Below are positions 47,916 through 56,470 of a stretch of DNA of 64,000 nucleotides, piece after piece. The notes beneath the pieces are model-generated. The model had not been told where the DNA came from and did not search any database. It saw nothing but the letters and a program-made list of their open reading frames with translations. A program made the translations under genes and the position numbers. Numbering within the stretch: the stretch's first letter is position 1; every line of letters begins with the position of its first letter. The DNA is from Patescibacteria group bacterium (GTDB taxonomy: Bacteria; Patescibacteriota; Doudnabacteria; UBA920), in NCBI GenBank assembly GCA_013387205.1, contig WARV01000024.1, positions 11,283 through 75,282 of the forward strand, written 5' to 3'.

Positions 47916-48039
47916 ATTAACGAATTAGCTTGACTAATCAACTAATGTAACGAATATTACCAATGATAACTAATGTTATCTAAGTAAGGATTAGTTGCCA
48001 TTAGTTATTATTAGTATGGATTCGTAGATTAGTTAATTA
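47916..48039. mobile_element. MITE-like repeat family H, copy 3
   Basis: It fills the NUDIX-M16 spacer exactly, from start codon to stop codon. Confidence 0.7.
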
Positions 48040-49308
48040 TCACACCTTCAATATCTTTTTGAACATCTTCTCGTTTTTGTACGGGCCGATAATTGCCAGG
48101 CTTAATTTTTCATCCTTAAAAACGTCATTAGCGACTTTTTGGATATCTTTGGCCGTAATTTTATCCAATTTATCAAAAGCCATGGTGGGCGTTTCAATCT
48201 TTTTATGGAAAGCCGCGCGCTCCAAAAACCAATCCAACCTGACCTGATTATCTTCCAATGCTAACGTGGTTTTTCCTTTTATGTATTCTTTTGCCTTAAT
48301 AAGCTCTCTCTCTTCAACCGGAACTTCCTTAATTCTCTTAAGTTCGCTTAAAATAACCTGCAACGCTTCGGCTGCTTTATCCACCTGCACTCCGCTGGTA
48401 ATGGTAAAAGATCCTGTGTCCTGATAGCTGCCGGGCATGGCCCTGACATAATAAGCCAATCCTCTTTTTTCCCTGACTTCAGTAAACAGCCTGCTGGACA
48501 TGCCTCCGCCTAAGACAGATCCTAAAACCAGCAAAGCGGTGTTGCGCGGGTCGCCGTAAGCATAGCTTTTGAAACCCAATGCCATGTGCGCCTGTTCGGT
48601 TTCCTTGAAAGAAATTTTCAGACGCGCTGAGCTTTGCTTATCTAAGGCCTTTCCCCACCCGTCGTGATTTTTTTTGGGATGGTTTGACCAGTATTTTTTC
48701 ACCAGGCCGTCAAATTGTTTTTGGTTGTATTTTCCGGAAATCCCCAATATCATATTAGGCGCCTGGTAATGCCTGGAAACGTAATCCATGAACATTTCTT
48801 TAGTAAACTTGGTGACTGTCTCCTTGCTTCCGGCAATATCCCGCCCAAGGGCGTCTTTTGGCCACATGGTCGATTCCAAAACGTTCTCAATCTCGGCAAT
48901 AGGCGTATCTTTATACATGTTTATTTCTTCCACAATCACGCCTTTCTCCCTTTCCAGTTCGTCCCGATCAAGCAGCGGGCACTGGACCATATCTGTAAGC
49001 ACTTCAAAAATCAAAGGCAAATATTTGCTGGCTGCCTTGATGTAATATTGCGTATGCTCCTTGCCGGTGTTGGCGTTCATTTCCCCGCCTATGGAATCTA
49101 TAAGTTCGGAAATAGCCAAAGCCGACGGATATTTTTTCGTTCCTTTAAATAAAAAATGTTCCAAAAAATGCGAGATGCCGTTTTCTTTGGCAGATTCGCA
49201 CCTTGAGCCTGTTCTGACAAAAAAATCCACCACCACGCTTTCCGCGTCGCTCCCCGGCACTTCCATAATTGTCAATCCATTTGGTAATTTACTCTTTTTG
49301 TAATTCAT
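48040..49308 (-). CDS. M16-family (insulinase/pitrilysin-like) zinc peptidase
   Basis: 422 aa with the HFLEH inverted zinc motif. Confidence 0.85.
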   Translation of the reverse strand: MNYKKSKLPNGLTIMEVPGSDAESVVVDFFVRTGSRCESAKENGISHFLEHFLFKGTKKYPSALAISELIDSIGGEMNANTGKEHTQYYIKAASKYLPLIFEVLTDMVQCPLLDRDELEREKGVIVEEINMYKDTPIAEIENVLESTMWPKDALGRDIAGSKETVTKFTKEMFMDYVSRHYQAPNMILGISGKYNQKQFDGLVKKYWSNHPKKNHDGWGKALDKQSSARLKISFKETEQAHMALGFKSYAYGDPRNTALLVLGSVLGGGMSSRLFTEVREKRGLAYYVRAMPGSYQDTGSFTITSGVQVDKAAEALQVILSELKRIKEVPVEERELIKAKEYIKGKTTLALEDNQVRLDWFLERAAFHKKIETPTMAFDKLDKITAKDIQKVANDVFKDEKLSLAIIGPYKNEKMFKKILKV

Positions 49309-49630
49309 TGTTTTGATTAATAAACCTTCCTTCTTTTAATAACTCAGACTGTAACTGGATACTGTCAACAAATTCATTAAAATTTTTCTCGTAGTATCCG
49401 TCTTCAGTCATCTGTTTTATTTGTTTTATTTGGCTAAGCAGTTCATTGGCTACTAAAAAATGCGTTTCACTGGCGCCAGGTTTTAATTTATGGCCGGTCG
49501 GATTAATTTCCGCAAATTTTTCCCTGGTTGCCGTTAAATCTCGTTCAAGCTTATCCAGCCTAGATTGCAACTCCTGCTTTTCAGCAAAAGGCTCTTCTGG
49601 CTTTAAACCCTTTACTTCTAAATTACTCAT
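49289..49630 (-). CDS. Hypothetical coiled-coil protein
   Basis: 113 aa. Confidence 0.4.
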   Translation of the reverse strand: MSNLEVKGLKPEEPFAEKQELQSRLDKLERDLTATREKFAEINPTGHKLKPGASETHFLVANELLSQIKQIKQMTEDGYYEKNFNEFVDSIQLQSELLKEGRFINQNNELQKE

Positions 49631-50844
49631 ATAATGTTGTCTTTTAATTTTGTTGAAACATTTATAAATTTTTTAATCTGGCCCTTTTCTAAATATACCA
49701 AATCTTCAATCCTTATGCCACCGATTTTCGGCAGGTATACGCCGGGTTCTACGCTGAACACCATGCCATTTTTTATTATATCTTTTGATTTAGGGGATAA
49801 ATTCGGCAGCTCGTGGATTTCAAGGCCCGTGCCATGCCCGAGGCTATGTATGAAATATTTATCAAGATTTTTCTCGGCTAAAATCGCCACGGCTTTTTGG
49901 TAAACCTGGTCTCCTGTCACCCCCTTGTCATTGCGAGCCACGAGTGCAGCCGAGTGGCGCGGCAATCTTTCCCTTGTAATAAGATTGCTTCGCTCGGCCG
50001 TTCGGCTTTGCTCAGGCCGACTCTGAGTAGAATCGAATGGGTCGAATGCACTTGCTCGCAATGACATAAAGTCTATGCATCCCCAATACGCCTTCTCCAC
50101 CTGGTTATAAGCCGCTTCCAATTTTGCCGGAGCTTTTTTTAAAAACACTGTCCTGGTAAAATCGCTGCAATAATTTTTATACTTAAAGCCGAAGTCCAAA
50201 ATTACGGATTCTCCCGGTTTTAGCTTTTTCTTAGACGGCACATGATGCGGAATGGCAGCATTAGGCCCGCTTGCCACAATCGGCGGAAAGCTTATGTCTT
50301 GCGCCCCAAACTTTAGGCCTGTTTGTTTGATAAACTCCGCCAATTCTATCTCTGTAGGGACGAGAAGCGGCCACCCGCTACGCAAGCGGCGCTTAACCTG
50401 AAAAAAAACCTGCTCCACGATTTTCATCGATTTCCCAATCAAGGATATTTCTTCCGGTTCTTTAATCATCCTCTGAAAATCAACCGGGTCGTGTTTAATA
50501 TTCACCTTAATTCTTAAATCTTTGCTCTTTACTCTTATATATCTGACTTCCGCGTAAGTGAACTCCCCAAATACGTCCAAAACTTGCCTGGGATGGATAT
50601 ATGTTCCTATATTTTTCAAAAAATCCGAATGGATCCCCTCTATCCTTTCCAATCCATCCCCCAAGAAGATAACTGATGGGTTTCCGCGCTGATCTGCGTT
50701 GCTATCCGCGTGTTTCCGCGGCTTCACTAATAAATACCCATGCATAAAAGAACGACCTGTTAAATATAACAGGTTTTCTTTTTTCTTTATCAGCAACGGC
50801 TGCTTTAAAGAAAATTGGAGTTGTTTTATCCTGCTTCTGTCCAT
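49627..50844 (-). CDS. pepP: M24-family Xaa-Pro aminopeptidase carrying an in-frame RPE-like insertion
   Basis: 405 aa with the C-terminal pita-bread motifs HSLGHGTGLEIHE and VEPGVY. Confidence 0.85.
   Translation of the reverse strand: MDRSRIKQLQFSLKQPLLIKKKENLLYLTGRSFMHGYLLVKPRKHADSNADQRGNPSVIFLGDGLERIEGIHSDFLKNIGTYIHPRQVLDVFGEFTYAEVRYIRVKSKDLRIKVNIKHDPVDFQRMIKEPEEISLIGKSMKIVEQVFFQVKRRLRSGWPLLVPTEIELAEFIKQTGLKFGAQDISFPPIVASGPNAAIPHHVPSKKKLKPGESVILDFGFKYKNYCSDFTRTVFLKKAPAKLEAAYNQVEKAYWGCIDFMSLRASAFDPFDSTQSRPEQSRTAERSNLITRERLPRHSAALVARNDKGVTGDQVYQKAVAILAEKNLDKYFIHSLGHGTGLEIHELPNLSPKSKDIIKNGMVFSVEPGVYLPKIGGIRIEDLVYLEKGQIKKFINVSTKLKDNII
49920..50070. mobile_element. RPE-like palindromic element inserted in frame in the M24 peptidase gene
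   Basis: GTCATTGCGAGCCACGAGTGCAGCCGAG ... GGGTCGAATGCACTTGCTCGCAATGAC. It encodes ..SLRASAFDPFDSTQSRPEQSRTAERSNLITRERLPRHSAALVARNDKGV.. Confidence 0.7.
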
Positions 50845-51234
50845 CTATGCTGCGTACTGCTTAAATATTTGCAAAGCTTCTTCAATCCTATTTTTTAAAA
50901 CCATTATATCATCGCCAGCAACACTATCTTCGTTCCTCATTGCAAAATATTTGTCGGATATTTTCCTTAAATCCGCATGGCAAGCATTGACTATGCCTGC
51001 ATGCTGGGGTTTTAGGTTTTTTCCTATATAGAAATAAATGTTCTCAAATTTCGAAACTGCACGTGATACTTCCTCTGCGGTTATCGCATTATCCTCTAAG
51101 AGCAAAAATTCATCCAATTTTTCTTTGCCGCTTGCGAACTCTGTTTCATGACGCAAGGCATCCTTTGCTATTTGGCCCTGTGTTAAATTTTGATCCTCGT
51201 ACTCCAAGACCCCTTCGGGACTCATATTACTCAT
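50845..51234 (-). CDS. Hypothetical protein
   Basis: About 129 aa from the ATG at 51234, just downstream of the glyQS stop. Confidence 0.4.
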   Translation of the reverse strand: MSNMSPEGVLEYEDQNLTQGQIAKDALRHETEFASGKEKLDEFLLLEDNAITAEEVSRAVSKFENIYFYIGKNLKPQHAGIVNACHADLRKISDKYFAMRNEDSVAGDDIMVLKNRIEEALQIFKQYAA

Positions 51235-51238
51235 ATGT

Positions 51239-52561
51239 TTATAAGCTGTTAATGTTCTTTTGCAAATAAGATTGCAAATCATCAATTTTCACCCTGGGCT
51301 GCTCTTTGGTGTCGCGGCTACGCACGGTTACGCTTCCGTCTTCCAAAGTCTGGAAATCCACGGTAATGCCAAATGGCGTGCCTATTTCGTCCTGGCTATA
51401 ATAACGTTTGCCCACGTTCCCCCTGTCATCCCAGGCCGTGGAAAAGTGCTCTTTAAGCTGGTCGTAAATTTCGCGCGCTTTGGCAACCAATTCCGGCTTG
51501 TTCTTTAACAGCGGAAACACCGCAACTTTATACGGAGCCAAACGCGGCGGCAGAGCCAAATACACGCGATCCTCTTCTTCGCGGTAATGCTCGCACAAAA
51601 CCGCCAAAACCGTGCGGTCAACTCCCCAGGTCGGCTCTATTACGTGCGGCAAATATTTCTCGGAAGTGTAAGGGTCAGTATATCTCAAGTCCTGGCCGGA
51701 TTTTTCCTGATGGTTCTTCAAGTCAAAATCCGTGCGGTAAGCCAAGCCGTAAAGTTCGCTCACGCCGAACGGAAAATGGTACTCAAAATCTATGGTACGC
51801 TTGCTGTAATGCGCCAATTCGTCCTTAGGCACTTCCAGTTCATGGACATGAGTCAAATCTATCCCCAAATCCTTATTGATCCAGGACAGCATGTTCTCGC
51901 GCCACATCTCAAAATACTTATTCCATTCCGCGTCCTCTTTCGGGACCGGGATGAAATATTCAATTTCCATCTGTTCGAATTCGCGCGTGCGGAAAATAAA
52001 ATTTCCCGGGGTGATTTCATTGCGGAAAGCCTTCCCAATTTGCCCAATGCCGAAAGGTACGGTCTTGCGCGAAGTATCCAAAACATTCTTAAAATCCACG
52101 AACATGGCTTGCGCGGTCTCCGGCCTGAAATACGCAATGTTCGCCTGCTCTTCCGCCGGACCGATAAAAGTCTTGAACATCAAATTAAACATCTTGGCTT
52201 CGGTAAATCCGGCGGACTTATCGCAAGAAGCACAAGGTTTGGTTGTATCAATCTGGTCAGCGCGAAAACGGGTGTGGCAGTTCTTGCATTCCACCAAAGG
52301 ATCGCTGAAATTTTTCAAATGGCCGGATGCTTCCCAAACTGCCGGCTTCATAATTAAAGCCGCATCAATGCCGACCATGTCATCCCTGCCTTGCACAAAT
52401 CGCTTCCACCACAACTGCTTAATGTTGTTTTTCAATTCCACTCCGACAGGACCGTAATCCCAAGAATTAGCAAACCCGCCATAAATCTCGCTGCCCGGGA
52501 AAATAAACCCTCTTCTTTTGCACAAAGACACTATTTTATCCATCAAATCGTTGTTATTCAT
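51239..52561 (-). CDS. glyQS: Glycine--tRNA ligase (alpha2 dimeric class II type)
   Basis: 440 aa, FPGSEIYGGFANSWDYGPVG.. Confidence 0.95.
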   Translation of the reverse strand: MNNNDLMDKIVSLCKRRGFIFPGSEIYGGFANSWDYGPVGVELKNNIKQLWWKRFVQGRDDMVGIDAALIMKPAVWEASGHLKNFSDPLVECKNCHTRFRADQIDTTKPCASCDKSAGFTEAKMFNLMFKTFIGPAEEQANIAYFRPETAQAMFVDFKNVLDTSRKTVPFGIGQIGKAFRNEITPGNFIFRTREFEQMEIEYFIPVPKEDAEWNKYFEMWRENMLSWINKDLGIDLTHVHELEVPKDELAHYSKRTIDFEYHFPFGVSELYGLAYRTDFDLKNHQEKSGQDLRYTDPYTSEKYLPHVIEPTWGVDRTVLAVLCEHYREEEDRVYLALPPRLAPYKVAVFPLLKNKPELVAKAREIYDQLKEHFSTAWDDRGNVGKRYYSQDEIGTPFGITVDFQTLEDGSVTVRSRDTKEQPRVKIDDLQSYLQKNINSL

Positions 52562-52700
52562 ATCCTGTAGAATTTCTTTGAAATTCCCGATATAATCGGG
52601 ACGACAATGCTAGATATTAATTAAGTAAATTGATGCCTAAGCAGAACTGTTTTTGAATTCCAAAAATTATCTTAAAGTTCTCAAAGAAGCTCTACAGGGC
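52562..52700. mobile_element. MITE-like repeat family J, copy 2 (abuts the glyQS start codon)
   Basis: TATCCTGTAGAATTTCTTTG...CCCGATATAATCGGG...CAAAGAAGCTCTACAGGGC. Confidence 0.75.
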
Positions 52701-52747
52701 ACAAAAATATTATAACAAATTGCCTTATTTGCAACAAATCAAGCTTA

Positions 52748-52787
52748 TAAGAGGACACCTTGCAATATTGCAAGGTGTCCTCTTGTT
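52748..52787. repeat. Palindromic hairpin family M, copy 2 (AAGAGGACACCTTGCAATATTGCAAGGTGTCCTCTT)
   Basis: Perfect 36-bp palindrome. It is followed by a second hairpin, GGCTAAATCCTAAatttATTAGGATTTAGCC, at 52801-52832. Confidence 0.65.
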
Positions 52788-52883
52788 TATCAACCAAACG
52801 GCTAAATCCTAAATTTATTAGGATTTAGCCGTTGAAAAAGAGCCTGAATTTGTATCCAGGCTCCTTCTGCGCAAAGCGCAGGC

Positions 52884-53366
52884 CTACTTCTCTTTGATTT
52901 TGTAGTCGTCGCGGGTGACCTTTAACTCACCGGTAACGCCGTCATAAGCAGCGTGATATGCAAATGTCACAATTACATGCACGGTGTTCCCGCACAGCAA
53001 CTTAAGCGATCCGCGCGAGGAGTATGTAAACCCTTCGGCCGAGCCGCTGAAATTGTACGGCTGCTCTTCATTCAATATGCAGCTGTTGCCGGAAAACAGC
53101 TCCCTGCCAGACGCGACAACCTGCTGTTTCCAGTTGACGTGGACCGTATCGCCAATCATCACCCGATGAAAACTACTGGTTATCTTCCCCTCGTCTAAGA
53201 CTGTTAGCCCTTTGGAGCTAAAAATTAAAACCATGTTCGACGGAGTGAGATACACCACATCCGTATTTTTGAAGTTGTCGGCCTGCGCGTTTAAGGCGGC
53301 AGGCAAAAAGGAGACGAGAACCGCGGCGATGAAAATCGCCAAAAAACCCGAGACGACTCGATTCAT
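52884..53366 (-). CDS. Hypothetical secreted protein
   Basis: About 160 aa from the ATG at 53366 (AAGGAGGA SD), with signal peptide MNRVVSGFLAIFIAAVLVSFLPAALNAQA. Confidence 0.5.
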   Translation of the reverse strand: MNRVVSGFLAIFIAAVLVSFLPAALNAQADNFKNTDVVYLTPSNMVLIFSSKGLTVLDEGKITSSFHRVMIGDTVHVNWKQQVVASGRELFSGNSCILNEEQPYNFSGSAEGFTYSSRGSLKLLCGNTVHVIVTFAYHAAYDGVTGELKVTRDDYKIKEK

Positions 53367-53513
53367 GCTGTCCTCCTTATTTTTTGAAACACAAGGCCGC
53401 AATAATAACTACTTTGACTCAACGGGCCATAACAACTTACCTCTTGACTTCGCTCGAGACGGCATCTGTATAGTCTTTATAACTCATCACCCTTCACAAG
53501 CTCAGGATAAAAG

Positions 53514-54827
53514 CTATTGATTAGTATAATCTTTATAGTTTTTCACCATCTCATCAAAATACTCGTAAGTTATTGCGTTGCGGATTTTATCCATTAAGTT
53601 CAAATAAAACCTCAAATTGTGCATGCTGGCCAAACGGATAGCTAAGGGTTCGCCTACCGCAAACAAGTGGCGGAGATAAGCTTTGGTATGGTTCAAGCAA
53701 AGGTAGCAGTTGCAGGTGTTGTCCACCGGCGTAAAGTCTTCTTTGTATTTCTCCAGGCGGATATCGATTGTTTGATAACCCTCGACGGTAGAAGCATCTT
53801 GTAGCGGGCGGATACTATCCGCCCCTACGGCCGGTTTTTCGATATTCCTTGCCGCAATATACAATCTTCCATGCCTCGCTTCCCTTGTCGGGATAACGCA
53901 ATCAAAAGTGTCACAGCCCCGCGCCACGCCTTGGACGATATCAAACGGCGTTCCTACCCCGAGCAAATGCTTAGGCGCAGTAACCGGCAGAAAAGGCACG
54001 GCGTATTCTACGGCTTTCATCATTTCCTCGTGCGGTTCGCCCACGGCCACGCCGCCAATCGCAAACCCTTCAAAGCCAAAACCGGCCATGTCCAAAGCGG
54101 ACTGCTTGCGCAAATCTTCAAAGCTTGCGCCCTGGACAATCCCCCACAACTTTTGGCCGGGGTTGACCGGATCGCCGCTTTGCGTAATTCTTTGGTGTTC
54201 TTTAATGGCGCGCTCAGCCCATCTTTTAGTCAGTTCAATGGATTCCTTGCTGCGTTTGTGCTCAAACGGATAACCCGGGAAGTCATCTAATATCAAAGCA
54301 ATGTCGCTGCCTAAATTGGCCTGAATGTCCACGGATTTTTCCGGAGACAACACTTCCTGCTTGCCGTCCAAATCGAACTGGAACAACACCCCGGCTTCCA
54401 TCACCTTGCGGAACTTGGCCAAAGAAAAAACCTGGAAGCCGCCGCTGTCCGTAAAAATCGGTCCCTTCCAGTTCATGAATTTATGCAAGCCTCCTGCTTT
54501 ATAAATAAGCCCGTCGCCCGGCCTCTGCCACAAATGGTAAGTGTTGGCCAAAACCATGTCCGCGCCCCAAAACTTTAACTCTTCAGATGTGACAGATTTC
54601 ACTGTGCCGCGGGTGCCGATTGGTAAAAACGCCGGGGTCTTTACATCCCCGTGCGCGGTATGGATTACGCCTGTGCGAGCTTTGGATGACTTGCCCCGCA
54701 CTAATTCTTGATGTCCCTTTGATGGCTTTTCTTTTTCACCACGCTTAAAATCATCTTCATCAGACTGTTGATAATCATGAAAATTAGTGCGGGGTGAATC
54801 AGGTTTTAAAATATCGAAATAAGACAT
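53514..54827 (-). CDS. tgt: Queuine tRNA-ribosyltransferase (tRNA-guanine transglycosylase) with about 50-aa N-terminal extension
   Basis: 437 aa with zinc site CxCxxC..H (CNCYLCLNHTKAYLRH). Confidence 0.9.
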   Translation of the reverse strand: MSYFDILKPDSPRTNFHDYQQSDEDDFKRGEKEKPSKGHQELVRGKSSKARTGVIHTAHGDVKTPAFLPIGTRGTVKSVTSEELKFWGADMVLANTYHLWQRPGDGLIYKAGGLHKFMNWKGPIFTDSGGFQVFSLAKFRKVMEAGVLFQFDLDGKQEVLSPEKSVDIQANLGSDIALILDDFPGYPFEHKRSKESIELTKRWAERAIKEHQRITQSGDPVNPGQKLWGIVQGASFEDLRKQSALDMAGFGFEGFAIGGVAVGEPHEEMMKAVEYAVPFLPVTAPKHLLGVGTPFDIVQGVARGCDTFDCVIPTREARHGRLYIAARNIEKPAVGADSIRPLQDASTVEGYQTIDIRLEKYKEDFTPVDNTCNCYLCLNHTKAYLRHLFAVGEPLAIRLASMHNLRFYLNLMDKIRNAITYEYFDEMVKNYKDYTNQ

Positions 54828-54829
54828 AA

Positions 54830-54990
54830 ATGCAGTGGCGTCATTCCGCTTGTCCTCCGTAGCTTTAGCGAAGGTGGAAGCGAGCGAGGAATCTCTTTGT
54901 TTAAAATATCCAGATCCTTCACTGTGTTCAGAGCCTGCCCCGGACTTGCTGTGCCCGCCGTAGCTTTATGCGAAGGCTGGGATCCGGGGA
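54830..54990. repeat. Composite repeat block (family K hairpins in reverse orientation plus a partial 74-bp repeat)
   Basis: CCTCCGTAGCTTTAGCGAAGGTGG ... GCCCGCCGTAGCTTTATGCGAAGGCTGGGATCCGGGGATGAAGCCCGTG. Confidence 0.65.
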
Positions 54991-55052
54991 TGAAGCCCGT
55001 GAACCATTATACCAAAAAAGCTCCGGCTTGTCACCGGAGCTGAAATCTTTGA

Positions 55053-55490
55053 TTAGTTTTTATTTTGCATTAAATCCTGAAAACTTGGTTGCTGAGGAAT
55101 ATCTAAATGATAACTAATACCTAAAAAATTATTAATCTCACCTGAAATTTTACTTTGTATCACAACCCTATCCTTTGAATTCACCGAACTATTGCGATAC
55201 TGGCTGCTATGGATAAAATTTATCCTTTGGGATTTTGGTACAATAGTTCCTTTCTCTAAAATTTCCTCAGGCCTTCCTGTGATAATATCTTTATGGAACG
55301 AAGTTTTGCCTATTATAATATCACCGTCACTGGTTACTATAAAAGCCCTGGTATGGTTATGTTTTAATGCATTGGTAATTTCTTCACGATTTGAATATTC
55401 GCAATTTACCAAAAACCCAAAAGGAATTTCGATATTATTATGCCACGGTTCAAACGATGAACTTTCAGCTCTAAAACCTTCCTGATACAT
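55053..55490 (-). CDS. Hypothetical protein (AT-rich)
   Basis: 146 aa from the first in-frame ATG that clears the upstream gene. Confidence 0.35.
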   Translation of the reverse strand: MYQEGFRAESSSFEPWHNNIEIPFGFLVNCEYSNREEITNALKHNHTRAFIVTSDGDIIIGKTSFHKDIITGRPEEILEKGTIVPKSQRINFIHSSQYRNSSVNSKDRVVIQSKISGEINNFLGISYHLDIPQQPSFQDLMQNKN

Positions 55491-55587
55491 AAGATATAAG
55501 TTATTTTCCTTAAGTATATCACAAATTTTCAAATTTAAAACAAACGGCTGCGGATCTTTTTTGAGATCCGCAGCCGCACTTGAAACG

Positions 55588-56331
55588 TTACTTCTTTTTG
55601 AGTTTGGGCAGCAACACCACTGCAAGCAGCCCTGCTCCAGCCAGGAATGTTGTTCCTGGTTCGGGCGCTTCCGAGGTGCCGGGGTCATCGCCGGGTATCC
55701 TTGGCTCGCTGAGCGCAGTGCCATACTGGAATTGCACGCCGCTGATGTTGCTGGCGTTAAATCCTTCAGGCAGCCCGCTTAGAGTGAAAATCACGCTGTT
55801 TTTGATTAGCGCGTTATCGCCAGTCACGGGCGAGTTGCCGGTTGTGGCATTATCGCCTTTTGACGTTATGCCATACTGCAGGCCGTCAGGGTTTGTTGGC
55901 CCTTGAAGGTTATTGCCGGGAAACAGGTTCCCGGGACCGAACAATCCAAGGCCGGAGCTGGAAATACCGCACGGTCCCGGCGCAGATGCGCCAAGGCCGC
56001 AGGCAAAGCCCCACTCGCCTCCGACAGATCCGCCCGGATCAGTACCTCCGTATACCACGGAACTGCCCGGCGACAAAACCGCGGAAAGAGGCATGAGCCC
56101 CGAAGGGACACCGGAAAAAAATACCGCAGTCAGTACGTCCGCAGGCACCATCACGTCGTCCATGCTTGTATTGGTGAGTTTTACCACCAAATTCGTGCCC
56201 TGGACTTCAAACACCGCTTCTGCGGCCAAATCGCCGCTGTGGCCGGTGTACATAATCGTGCCGGCAAAAGCCGAAGCCGAAATACCCAACAACAAAGCAA
56301 CTGTAAGCAACACTGCTCTTACAAACTTCAT
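55588..56331 (-). CDS. PEP-CTERM sorting-domain secreted protein (Gly/Ser/Pro-rich)
   Basis: 247 aa. Signal peptide, then C-terminal PEPGTTFLAGAGLLAVVLLPKLKKK (PEP motif, TM, basic tail). GC is about 58% against about 40% in the flanks. Confidence 0.75.
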   Translation of the reverse strand: MKFVRAVLLTVALLLGISASAFAGTIMYTGHSGDLAAEAVFEVQGTNLVVKLTNTSMDDVMVPADVLTAVFFSGVPSGLMPLSAVLSPGSSVVYGGTDPGGSVGGEWGFACGLGASAPGPCGISSSGLGLFGPGNLFPGNNLQGPTNPDGLQYGITSKGDNATTGNSPVTGDNALIKNSVIFTLSGLPEGFNASNISGVQFQYGTALSEPRIPGDDPGTSEAPEPGTTFLAGAGLLAVVLLPKLKKK

Positions 56332-56431
56332 TCTTTAACTTCCTCCGCTAGATTGGAATTTGCTTCGAGACAAAAAACTATCCGAAACTAAGCCAGTTTA
56401 CCATAAAATCTAGGTTTTGTCCACCATAACA

Positions 56432-56461
56432 AAAACGTCCCGATGGAAACGGGACGTTTTA
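56432..56461. terminator. Bidirectional terminator between pnp and the PEP-CTERM gene
   Basis: AAAAACGTCCCG-atggaa-ACGGGACGTTTTAT. Confidence 0.75.
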
Positions 56462-56470
56462 TAATATCTA

